64,000 nt of DNA from Desulfosudaceae bacterium (GTDB lineage: Bacteria > Desulfobacterota > Desulfobacteria > Desulfobacterales > Desulfosudaceae), in assembly GCA_963674745.2 (NCBI GenBank), contig CAXXDV010000003.1, forward strand, positions 2,016,001 through 2,080,000, given 5' to 3'. Under the pieces are notes generated by a model, which was not told the DNA's origin, did not search any database, and was given only the letters and a program-made list of their open reading frames with translations. Shown here piece after piece: positions 30,674-39,453 of this stretch (position 1 is its first letter; the number at the start of each line of letters is the position of its first letter). The translations under genes were made by a program, and so were the position numbers.

Positions 30674-31254
30674 AAGACTTTCTCCTCTTTAAGGAGTTCG
30701 ATAAATCGGTCGATGTGGACAGCTATTCGTGCTTCAGCGATATCATAACTGGCAAGCTCACGATAATGATTCACCAATCGTTCGATATCGATTCGGTGTC
30801 GTATGGATTTCATCAGCATCAGGCAATCCTCGGAATCAACTGTGGTACCGCGCATCAATTTACTTGCGATCAGGTCGTATTCATTCAAAATGCCGATATA
30901 GAGCCGGCTGTATTCCTTCAGCAGGGTGTGGTTACCCGGTTCAAGCGGTGATTCCAGCAGTTCCGTCGTATGGATCCGGTTTCCTTCAAAAAGGTCGAAC
31001 CTAAAAATGTCTCCTTTCCGCTGCCATCCGCTCCCGGTAACCTGCTCGTAACCAAGCGTTTTGAGCACCTTGATCAGGTAGCCATGTTCACCCGTCCTGG
31101 GGACCATGAAATCAACATCTTTGGTGGATGGTTTTACTTGAAGCAGGGTCATTGCCGTTCCACCGCACGCAACGAGGTGAATCTTCCTTTTCAGGAAGCG
31201 GTTCCATTGCCCCATAACATCGAGCAAGGTCTGTTTGTTGATCCTGTATTCCAT
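30670..31254 (-). CDS. Nucleotidyltransferase-fold protein (DUF6036/AbiEii-like)
   Basis: ACGGTAM...STKDVDF motif; DLIASKLMRG..D.ED motif. Confidence 0.72.
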   Translation of the reverse strand: MEYRINKQTLLDVMGQWNRFLKRKIHLVACGGTAMTLLQVKPSTKDVDFMVPRTGEHGYLIKVLKTLGYEQVTGSGWQRKGDIFRFDLFEGNRIHTTELLESPLEPGNHTLLKEYSRLYIGILNEYDLIASKLMRGTTVDSEDCLMLMKSIRHRIDIERLVNHYRELASYDIAEARIAVHIDRFIELLKEEKVL

Positions 31255-31502
31255 AACATTGTACCGATTAGTTCAATTATTTGTATAATTATATACAATA
31301 AGTTGATCATATTTGTACAGCATTTTTTGAAAAAACAATATGGCAGAGGAGTGATAGTCATTGTGCCCAGACTGTGCCTAAATTGTGACCGTCAGAAACA
31401 AACGTTAACAAATAAAGACAAACAAAACCAAAAATACACAGCTTTTTTAAATATTATCAACCTATTGAAAAAACGGATAAATCGTATTTTCTCATAATTC
31501 GG

Positions 31503-31547
31503 CTGGAAATCCCCGTGTCGGCAGTTCGATTCTGCTCCTCGGTACCA
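31503..31547 (+). repeat. att-like copy of the tRNA-Phe 3' end (4 mismatches in 45 bp)
   Basis: CTGGAAATCCCCGTGTCGGCAGTTCGATTCTGCTCCTCGGTACCA. Confidence 0.9.
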
Positions 31548-31705
31548 GCAACAAATAAAGGGCTTGCAAGAAAACCGTGCCGCCTTTTTTTTGTGTTACA
31601 AATCCGGCTGTAAGCTATTTGTGAGCAGTGCCTCCCCGCCCCTATTGAATCCAGGTCACAATTTCGTCAAGTGTGGTTTTCTTTGCTTTCCGTTGCTTGT
31701 ACCAT

Positions 31706-32074
31706 TCAGTGATGAGCGTTCTCATAATGCGCCAGTGGAATTGTTTTTTGAGCGATCAGTTTTTCAGCCAATCGCCATGCGTGTCGCAAAAAATTAAATC
31801 GGGTCAAATCAGTCATTAATTTTGAAGTTGATTCCAACCTTCTCTGAACAAGCTCACGTTCGGGTGAATCTTTGTGTAAGACAATAAACCTCCGAAGATG
31901 CTTAATGCCTTTTGTGCCGATAATTGCATAGGGTGCGTGATGACCCGCCTTTATGACGGCTTCAATCTCATGTTTCGAAGGTGAATCATCGGCAAAATGT
32001 CGCGTTGTTTTTCGATTCACCATGATTTCTTCAAGTACTCCTGTTTTCGTATCTGTCATTGTTTGTTTTTGCAT
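31706..32074 (-). pseudogene. Truncated nitroreductase-family gene
   Basis: N-terminal NRKTTRHF...IEAVIKAGHHAPYA FMN-binding motif; the ORF ends at 122 aa, close to the att copy. Confidence 0.55.
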
Positions 32075-32095
32075 GAGTAATCCCCTTATTTCTTC

Positions 32096-32214
32096 AGGGT
32101 ATCTCTAAAAATTAGAATTTTGGTTCGGGGTCAAGGCGTATGAAAATATTTCGAGGATTGAAATTTGAGCACAACGCCGACATCGGGCCAAAAGGCATTT
32201 TTTAGAGGTGCCTT
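32096..32214. repeat. Palindromic MITE/REP-like element
   Basis: Imperfect terminal inverted repeats AGGGTATCTCTAAAAA / TTTTTAGAGGTGCCTT; internal TCAAGGCG...CAAC as in 18578-18698. Confidence 0.6.
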
Positions 32215-34023
32215 TCAGGCTGGTTTTTCAAAACTCAACTCGTCTTCATTATCCTTATTTCTCTGCCAGTTGATAAACTTCAGCCAGTTTTCATTATCCG
32301 GCAAAGGATATTCCATTCTTCTGTGGGAATACCGGCTTTCCATCCGGAGAAGCGAGGATTTTAAGAACAATTCTGCAACCTGCGTCATATTCGCAAGTTC
32401 ATGGGCTTTTACCAATTCATGCGAATCTACTGCTTTCAGGGCCTGCAGATCATTTTCTTTAAATTCAGCGAGTTGTTTTAATCCCTGCTCAAGGCTTTCG
32501 GCGGTCTTTCGCAGGCCGATTTCAGGTGTGTGCAGGATTTTCTGGAATTTTTTGATTAACTGCCAGTAGGTAAGACCGTTTTTCCGTTTCATATATTTTA
32601 CAGAACGTTCCAGCGCATTGTCCACCTGGTCCCTGTCCAATACCGGTGTGTCTGCCCTCCTGGCATACAGGGTGGCTGTCCGGCCGGTTTTCTCTCCCGA
32701 CCACATGCCGCGGGCGGATGATATGCCTTTGATGGTACTCATATCAAAAGACTGGCTGAGGCTTGCGGCAAACAACCCGTTAACTTCATCACTCATCAGG
32801 TCATTGTTGGTCCGGATGCAGCCCTGCAGTCCGTAATATAAAACAATCTGATTGTGCGGATAGTCCGTGGGCGCGTTCCCTGTTTCCCTCAATCGCTTGT
32901 AGTTAAGCGCCTGCCAGGTATTCATGGGGCTTGAGTTTTCAAATATTCTGGAGACGATATACTTGTATATGACATTGGTCTGGTCCAGGTAAATGGGGGC
33001 GTTTCCCCTGGCCCATTCATCCGCAAAGGCAAAGGCAATTTTGTTGAAATTCGAATTCGTCCCGCGTTTGGGATCATAATCCCACATAAAATCTTTTCCG
33101 AATTTATTGATGAACCGGGCGCCGAACATGCCGGTCAGATGACCGCCCTCAAGGTTATAATCCCGTGCCAGAACATCCGGGTTCAAAAATTCGCAATTCT
33201 GTAATTTGTTGCCGGCGCGATAGGCCAATGCGTATCCGTCGCCGGTTTGATGGGCGCTTACGCTGTACCCCGGCCCGAATGTGCAGGATCCGGTTGCAAG
33301 GATGACGGACGGCGCCTTGAAAACGATCCTGTTTCCGGTCATCCGGTTCACCCCTACAGCGCCGTTTACCCGGCCGTTTTCCACCAGTAAATCGGTTACC
33401 ATTGTTTTTGAAAAATAAGTGGACGCGCCCTGGGCGTCAATTCTGTCCAGCAGGCACTGCACCAGCGCCCGGCCGCAGGACCAGCCTTTATAACGCGGAT
33501 TGATGCTCAATTTGTTGTAACGGTTTCCATCCGTCACCATTCGGGTTCCCGTCACCGGAAACCCTTCATAGGTAACACCCCACTTTTCCCATTTCTCCAT
33601 CCGCCTGCGGGAGGTCTGCATCATGTCCCGGAGCATGTCCAGATGCCCGAGCCCGCCGCTGTATCCCAGATATTCTTTTTCACAGGCAGCAAGGTCATCG
33701 CCTTCCAGCCAGTAAATCGTACCCCCGAGGATCATGCCGGAACCTGAAGAAACGCCCAGCCCGCCTTTGTCAACAATGGCGATCCGTTTCATACCTTCTT
33801 CTGCCGCGGTAACCGCCGCCCATAAACCACCCATCCCGGTGCCCACGATAACAAGGTCCGCCTCAAAAACTTCCCGGTCTTCATAAGGGTAGGATTTTAA
33901 AATATTTACCTTTGGTACAGGTCTCTTGGCCGCGCGGGCAAGTTTTACGGGATAAGGTGTTATGGCTGCGGCCCCTGTCATTCCCATGATTTTCAACAGG
34001 TCTCTTCTTGAAATGCGATTCAT
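32215..34023 (-). CDS. Tat-exported FAD-binding protein of the SdhA/FrdA/AprA/NadB family
   Basis: SRRDLLK twin-arginine signal; DLVIVGTGMGG; ILATG; TGDGYALAYRAG; RMESRYSHRRMEYP C-terminal motif. Confidence 0.82.
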   Translation of the reverse strand: MNRISRRDLLKIMGMTGAAAITPYPVKLARAAKRPVPKVNILKSYPYEDREVFEADLVIVGTGMGGLWAAVTAAEEGMKRIAIVDKGGLGVSSGSGMILGGTIYWLEGDDLAACEKEYLGYSGGLGHLDMLRDMMQTSRRRMEKWEKWGVTYEGFPVTGTRMVTDGNRYNKLSINPRYKGWSCGRALVQCLLDRIDAQGASTYFSKTMVTDLLVENGRVNGAVGVNRMTGNRIVFKAPSVILATGSCTFGPGYSVSAHQTGDGYALAYRAGNKLQNCEFLNPDVLARDYNLEGGHLTGMFGARFINKFGKDFMWDYDPKRGTNSNFNKIAFAFADEWARGNAPIYLDQTNVIYKYIVSRIFENSSPMNTWQALNYKRLRETGNAPTDYPHNQIVLYYGLQGCIRTNNDLMSDEVNGLFAASLSQSFDMSTIKGISSARGMWSGEKTGRTATLYARRADTPVLDRDQVDNALERSVKYMKRKNGLTYWQLIKKFQKILHTPEIGLRKTAESLEQGLKQLAEFKENDLQALKAVDSHELVKAHELANMTQVAELFLKSSLLRMESRYSHRRMEYPLPDNENWLKFINWQRNKDNEDELSFEKPA

Positions 34024-34035
34024 GGTAAACTCCTG

Positions 34036-34278
34036 TTAAAAATGATCCTTGTATTCCGTATCACACGGCCACATTTTCGGTGCATATCGAAAAGGATGCA
34101 CCCAGATGGCAGATTCCGGGCAATTAATTTCACATGTATAGCAGGCCTGGCAATCCTCCTTGTAGGCCACATATGCTTTCCCGGTTTTGGGGTCCATTCG
34201 CCACACATCTCTTGTGCAGTATTCCACGCAGGCGCCGCAACCGGTACATTTATTCTGGTCAAATTTCTGAATCGTCAT
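34036..34278 (-). CDS. 2x[4Fe-4S] ferredoxin (AprB-like)
   Basis: CTGCGACVEYC...CQACYTCEINCPESAI. Confidence 0.88.
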   Translation of the reverse strand: MTIQKFDQNKCTGCGACVEYCTRDVWRMDPKTGKAYVAYKEDCQACYTCEINCPESAIWVHPFRYAPKMWPCDTEYKDHF

Positions 34279-34719
34279 TTATTCAACCCTCCTTATCAAT
34301 TTTACCCCTGCCACACGATGGATCAGGTACCAGGGTATAACAGGAAGCAGTACCAGTACGAGCTGAAATGAGTGGTGGCTGGCATAAATCAGAGCAAGGA
34401 GCGTCGCTGCATCAGCAAGAAAAGGATATTTTGCCCATCTTTTTTCAAACGGGAGAAGACTGTTTACCGTATAGATCAGATACAGAACAGCCACGACAAA
34501 AAAAGCACCGTCGGTAAATGCGAAATGGGATGTTTTGAACATGAGCGCGATAAACATATCATGAACTACGGAAAGCGGCCCTTCAACGATTAACGGGGCC
34601 AGGATCAGATAGCCAAACCCTGCTATGCTGATCCAAGAAAAAACAAAATGCAGCCAGAAAAAGGATTTTCTCCAACGCCGCCAGTCCGGATTATATCCGA
34701 TGCTTTTGAAGTATTTCAC
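34279..34719 (-). CDS. Hypothetical multi-TM membrane protein
   Basis: About four hydrophobic segments with several His residues; abuts the ferredoxin gene. Confidence 0.6.
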   Translation of the reverse strand: MKYFKSIGYNPDWRRWRKSFFWLHFVFSWISIAGFGYLILAPLIVEGPLSVVHDMFIALMFKTSHFAFTDGAFFVVAVLYLIYTVNSLLPFEKRWAKYPFLADAATLLALIYASHHSFQLVLVLLPVIPWYLIHRVAGVKLIRRVE

Positions 34720-34744
34720 GGTAATCCCCTCTTATTTCGCTTAT

Positions 34745-35545
34745 TCAGAAAAGCCCCGCGTCCTTTAGTTTTTCCATAAGGGTTTTGGCCGCCCGGGCGG
34801 GATCATCTCCCGGGATGATTACGCACTGGCGCTCTTTGGCCGCCGGATATTCCAGGCCCTTGAGGCCGGCTGCGGCTTCGGGGATCCGGTCCGCTCCCAC
34901 GTCCCCGGGCCCGGTTGAAGAGACCGGCTTTTTCTTGGCCTTTCTTCTTTCGGCCATGGCCGGATAGCGGAGTTCCCCCACCTCGTTGGAGGCCACCACC
35001 ACGCAAGGGGTGGGCGCCTTCACGATTTCGTACCCGTCTGCCAGGACCCGCTCCACCAGGACCGAACCGTTTTCCGTCGTAACCTTACGGGCCATGGTGA
35101 CCAGGGGAAGGTCCAGGGCCGCGGCGATCTCCGCCCCCACCTGCCCGGCGTTGGAATCCGCGGCCTGGCGGCCGGCCAGGATCAGGTCGGCGTCCCCGAT
35201 CTTTTCGATGGCTTTGGCCAGGACATGGGCCGTGCCCCGGGCATTCAGGGCCATATTGTCGAGGTCCGGCCCCTCGATTTTGGCGAGCGCGTCCGCACCG
35301 GCGGCCAGGGATTTGAGCATGACCGCGTCCGGCACCCGTTTCCCGGCCGAGAGCACCGTGACTTTGGTCCCATCCTTGTCAGCGTCCTTCATCTTCAGGG
35401 CCGCTTCCAGGGCATTTTCATCAAAAAGGGACATGACCGGCGGGATGCCCCGGGGCTCCACGCGCATGGTCTCCGGGTTGATGGCAAAAGACCCGGCAGG
35501 GCTTTCCGGGTCCGGCACCTGCTTCATACAAACGACGATATGCAT
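34745..35545 (-). CDS. etfB: Electron transfer flavoprotein beta subunit
   Basis: MHIVVCMKQVPD, DENALEAAL, AGRQAADSNAGQV, LRYP. Confidence 0.93.
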   Translation of the reverse strand: MHIVVCMKQVPDPESPAGSFAINPETMRVEPRGIPPVMSLFDENALEAALKMKDADKDGTKVTVLSAGKRVPDAVMLKSLAAGADALAKIEGPDLDNMALNARGTAHVLAKAIEKIGDADLILAGRQAADSNAGQVGAEIAAALDLPLVTMARKVTTENGSVLVERVLADGYEIVKAPTPCVVVASNEVGELRYPAMAERRKAKKKPVSSTGPGDVGADRIPEAAAGLKGLEYPAAKERQCVIIPGDDPARAAKTLMEKLKDAGLF

Positions 35546-35572
35546 GGGTATGACTCCTTCTTTCGGTTATGA

Positions 35573-36565
35573 CTATCCTGCGATTTCCGCGGCCGCCTTG
35601 GTAAGGGCCGGGATGATGTTTTCCCAGTCCCCCACGATGCCGAAATCCGCTATCTTGAAGATATTGGCTTTCTCGTTGTTGTTGATGGCGACGATCACCT
35701 TGGCCTCCGCCATGCCGGCCACGTGCTGGGTGGACCCTGAAATGCCGGTTGCGATATACAGGGACGGGGCCACGATAGCGCCGGTGATGCCCACCTGGTG
35801 GACCGGAGAAATCCATCCGAGGTCACAGGGCGGGCGGCTGGCGCCCACCGCGCCGCCCAGTGCTTTGGCCAGTTCCGCCAGAACGGTAAAGCCTTCCGGC
35901 CCGCCCATTCCCCGGCCGCCGGAGACGATCCTGTCCGCGCTTTCCAGTTTGGGACCACCCGTGTCATCATCGGAAACCGTTTCCACCACCTCATAACGGG
36001 CAAGGGAGGGATCCAGGCTGACATCCAGGTTTTCCACCTGTCCCGACGCTTCCCCGGTTTCCGGGGCTTCCGCTGCCCGGGCCCGGAAGGTGGCCACGAC
36101 CGGTTTTCCCAAAAGGGCGAACCGGGCCATGACGTTCCCGGAATACACCGGCTTGGTGAAGACAAACCCCCCGGAGTCATTTGAAACACTCACGTCCACG
36201 CAGTCCGAGGCGCAGCCGGTCTTAAGGCGCGCGGCCAGCCTGGGGGCCAGGTCCAGGGCCGTCAGGGTTTCGGCCATAAAAACAGCCCCGGGCTTGATGC
36301 TTTCGCATACCTGTGAAACCGCGGCGCACAAAAGATCGGGATGAAGATCCGCCAGAAGATCGTTGTCCACGGCCAGGACCTTGTCCGCGCCGTAACCAAG
36401 CAGCTCGTTTGCCGCCGCTGAAACGCCCTTTCCACAGACCAGAACGGCCAGGGATGCGCCGCTTTCCTTTGCTGCTTTACGGCCCATGGCCAGGGCCTCC
36501 AGGGACAGGGGAAGGACCTTCTCACCTGAACTTTCCGCCAAAACCAGAATGGGTGAAGCCATCAT
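35573..36565 (-). CDS. etfA: Electron transfer flavoprotein alpha subunit
   Basis: IVSGGRG, GASRPPCD, QVGITG, GISGSTQHVAGM, IVAIN. Confidence 0.93.
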   Translation of the reverse strand: MMASPILVLAESSGEKVLPLSLEALAMGRKAAKESGASLAVLVCGKGVSAAANELLGYGADKVLAVDNDLLADLHPDLLCAAVSQVCESIKPGAVFMAETLTALDLAPRLAARLKTGCASDCVDVSVSNDSGGFVFTKPVYSGNVMARFALLGKPVVATFRARAAEAPETGEASGQVENLDVSLDPSLARYEVVETVSDDDTGGPKLESADRIVSGGRGMGGPEGFTVLAELAKALGGAVGASRPPCDLGWISPVHQVGITGAIVAPSLYIATGISGSTQHVAGMAEAKVIVAINNNEKANIFKIADFGIVGDWENIIPALTKAAAEIAG

Positions 36566-36595
36566 CTACTCCTTATGTTATTCTCAAATAAAAAC

Positions 36596-38172
36596 TCAAT
36601 CAGAAGAAATATAATACTTCGAATCCGACAGATCTTCCGGATCCAAAGCTTTTTTTATCTTGCGCTGCCAGATGTGGTAGTTGCACATTTTTGGCCCCAT
36701 CAGGTCGTGCACCTCGCCCCCCTTGAAAAAGGCCATTCCGCCCCCGCCCAGGGTATGCTTCAGGGTGGCTTCCGCGCAGGCCTTGGCAAAATCTTCCAGC
36801 TGCCGGCCCATTTCAGGGTCGCGGTGATCAAAGGCATACAGCTCCTCGTCATGGCCAAACAGCCCGTTTTCGTACATCAGGGTCCAGGCGTTGTCGGCCA
36901 GGTCGTCAAAGCATGCTTTGCTTGCGATGAACTGCCGTTTGATTTGCTCGCCAATCCTGGCCTGCTCCATGCAACTGTCAACGGCCTCGTCCCCGCCGAA
37001 GGCTGAGAAGAAATTGCCGCCCATTCTGAATATCACGGGAGGCACACTCACCCGGACAAAAGCCCAGTACATGATAGAATTAAAGGGGGTCGGATTGTCC
37101 AGGACGACCCCGCCGTGGTCGTCCACAATCTTTTCGATGCACTGGCTCTGGTACTGGTAGTCCAGTTCGGAGTTGGCGGCGATCACGAGCTGGAACTGGT
37201 GTCGGAATGTTTCCAGAAGCGTTTTCATGTGCGGCATGGCGTGGATCTTGCGCAACAATCGCGGCGTCATGCCGGCCAGCAGCAGCGAAACGGAATTTTT
37301 GCACTGCAAAAAACCCGATCTCCGCCTCACCCACTTTCAACAGGGCGTCCGCATAGTTCTTGGCGTCGGGAAAGGCGCAATGAACGATTCTGAAGTTATC
37401 CGGTTTTTCAACATCCAGGTCCATGAGGCGGCCCATGGGCCGGGTTTCTCTGGGCCCGGACCAGTGAAAGAGCTTCATGGACATCTTGGTGAACACCCCG
37501 AGCCCGCCGTCCGCACCGGCCCATCCGCGCATGATGCCCCTCATGCCCGGCCCGGGGCCATCGGCCGAAAACCAGCGGCCTGTCGATCCGCAAGTTCCCA
37601 GTTTAAGGACCTCGCCGGAAGGCAGGACCCATTCTACGCCCAGGATGTTACGCGAACTGGTTGAAGTGGATATCGCTGACCACCCGATGCCGCAGTGGGA
37701 GGTGGCGTTGGCCAGGGGCGAGCAAAGGCTGCCCGCACCGTGGATGTGGATGTTGAAGCCCCGCTTCATGGCTTCCGCCTGAATCTGGGCGCAGTTGACG
37801 TACGGCTCGACCACCACGTAGCGATTTTTTTCGTCCCATTCCAGGATCTTGTTCATCCCGCCGGAGATCGATCTGCACCACGTTGTCATACCCGGGTCCG
37901 CCGTGGGCGCCCCAGCCGGTGCTGTGGGCCTTGTAACGCAGTCCGAATTGGTTGCATATTTTAACGATCGCCTGGACTTCTTCGGTGTTTGCCGGCAATG
38001 TCACGGCCAGGGGCCGGTTTATCCAGCATCCCGGTTCGGTTTTGTGAAACGCCTGCATGGCGTAACCGTCGCAAATGGCCGGGTCCGTGGAAAAATTCTC
38101 GTCCCCCAGGGCTTTCCTGAACAATGGAACAGCCTCTTCCGGAATGGTTTTTGTAGAAATCGGAAATGTCAT
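36596..38172 (-). pseudogene. VAO/PCMH-type FAD-binding oxidoreductase split by two +1 frameshifts (or by sequencing errors)
   Basis: Fragments in three frames join as ...VVQIDLRR|MNKILEWD... (near 37858, GGG) and ...EIGF|LQCKNSV... (near 37310, T6); the C-terminus ends KIKKALDP. Confidence 0.75.
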
Positions 38173-39443
38173 GATGTCACCTCTCCCTTTACCGAGCGCG
38201 CCACAAGCTCGGTGACGTCGAATATTTCCATCTGGACGCCCAGCGATTCCGCGGCGTCGCGCAAATTTCTTTCGCACCACGGGCAGCTTGTGGCCAAAGC
38301 ATCCGCCCCGGTAGCCAGGGCTTCCTCGATTCGCTCCCTGGCTGCGAAATCGGACAGTTCCTCATCTGCTTCCCACACCCCGCCTCCGGCGCCGCAGCAC
38401 CAGGAATACTCCCTGATACGTTCCATCTCCACCAGTTCAATGCCGGGAATGGATCGAAGAAGCTCGCGAGGGGCGTCATAAACCCCTTTTCTTCCGTCGC
38501 GTTTGCACGAGGCCGGCCTCAGAAGCTTGTTTCCTTCCCAGGGCCCCGCATAGGGCTCGCTTCGCCGGCCGAGATGGCAGGGGTCGTGATAGGTGATCTT
38601 TCTTTTCACCGTGTTTTTGAATTGCACTTTTCTGTTTGCCGCAAGTTCACCCAGATACTCGCTGATGTGCATGATCCGGACACCCAGGTCTACGCCCATG
38701 CGCGGATAGGCATACTTGAAAGCGCCATAGCAGTCGGCACAGGGCGTGAGCAGGACTTTAGCGCCGGAAGACTTTACCCGGACGGCCATGTCCTCGGCGA
38801 AATTTTTGCCATCCCCCCGAAAGCCCAGACCAAAGGCGCGGCCCCCGCAGCATGACTCGGCTTTGCCCGCAACCCCCAGATCAACGCCCGCATCCCGGAC
38901 GAGCGTTGCCGCCCCCCGGATGACGCCTAGAAGGTCCTCGTCATAAGAAAACCGGCACCCGGCGTGAAACAAGACATCCACCTTTTGAGCGTTGGCGTCC
39001 TTCAGGTCGAGCCCCTCAGCCCAATCACCGCGGGCTTTTTTGGGTTCCCCGAAGACATTGTTCTCCCGTTTCAGGTCATCGATCATCATCTGGTGCTCGG
39101 CGAAAAACTGGCCGTTTTCCACGCACGTCGCCCGGATCTCCTCGATCACTTCGGCAATGTCGATGTCGTCGCGGTAAACTTTGCAGTTGGCGTCGCAGGC
39201 GCCGCAAAGCGTGCACTTGTAAACCACGTTTGCGACGGAATCGTTCATCTCTATTCTTCCGTCCAGCAGCGAAAGCCCCAGCATGAGCTTGCCGCTGCCT
39301 GCGAAACTGTGAAAATTGTAGCGGGATATGGACGGGCAGACCTGGGCGAACCGGTGGCTCTTTATCTGGCTCATCGGCACCCATTTGCATGAGGAGCACC
39401 GCGAACAGCCCTCCATGTCCCTGCGATATTCTTCCAATGCCAT
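38169..39443 (-). CDS. Fe-S oxidoreductase with 2x[4Fe-4S] and two CCG domains (HdrD/GlpC/GlcF-like)
   Basis: CSRCSSC, CTLCGACDANC, SCCGG, PCADC, YHDPCHLGR, WCCGAGGG, SCPWC. Confidence 0.88.
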   Translation of the reverse strand: MALEEYRRDMEGCSRCSSCKWVPMSQIKSHRFAQVCPSISRYNFHSFAGSGKLMLGLSLLDGRIEMNDSVANVVYKCTLCGACDANCKVYRDDIDIAEVIEEIRATCVENGQFFAEHQMMIDDLKRENNVFGEPKKARGDWAEGLDLKDANAQKVDVLFHAGCRFSYDEDLLGVIRGAATLVRDAGVDLGVAGKAESCCGGRAFGLGFRGDGKNFAEDMAVRVKSSGAKVLLTPCADCYGAFKYAYPRMGVDLGVRIMHISEYLGELAANRKVQFKNTVKRKITYHDPCHLGRRSEPYAGPWEGNKLLRPASCKRDGRKGVYDAPRELLRSIPGIELVEMERIREYSWCCGAGGGVWEADEELSDFAARERIEEALATGADALATSCPWCERNLRDAAESLGVQMEIFDVTELVARSVKGEVTS

Positions 39444-39453
39444 AATATACCTC

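Larger units (their letters stand above)
29865..31547. mobile_element. tRNA-Phe-anchored cassette 4 (two-gene module, about 1.7 kb)
   Basis: Bounded by the att copies at 29846 and 31503; TGTGCC arm-like repeats near both ends. Confidence 0.65.

Noticed and set aside
16312..31547. The att copies as extra tRNA genes or as a CRISPR array
   Set aside because: They lack the 5' acceptor strand and D arm and lie kilobases apart; there are no regular spacers and no cas genes
32215..34278. Calling the flavoprotein/ferredoxin pair aprAB or sdhAB
   Set aside because: The Tat signal, the missing covalent-FAD His motif, the short ferredoxin and the lack of qmo/sat/sdhC context argue against orthology
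34986..35996. Long antisense ORFs (for example 34986-35996, 10669-11535, 27759-28550, 4485-5234, 59189-59923)
   Set aside because: They are shadow frames opposite well-supported genes and carry no recognisable motifs
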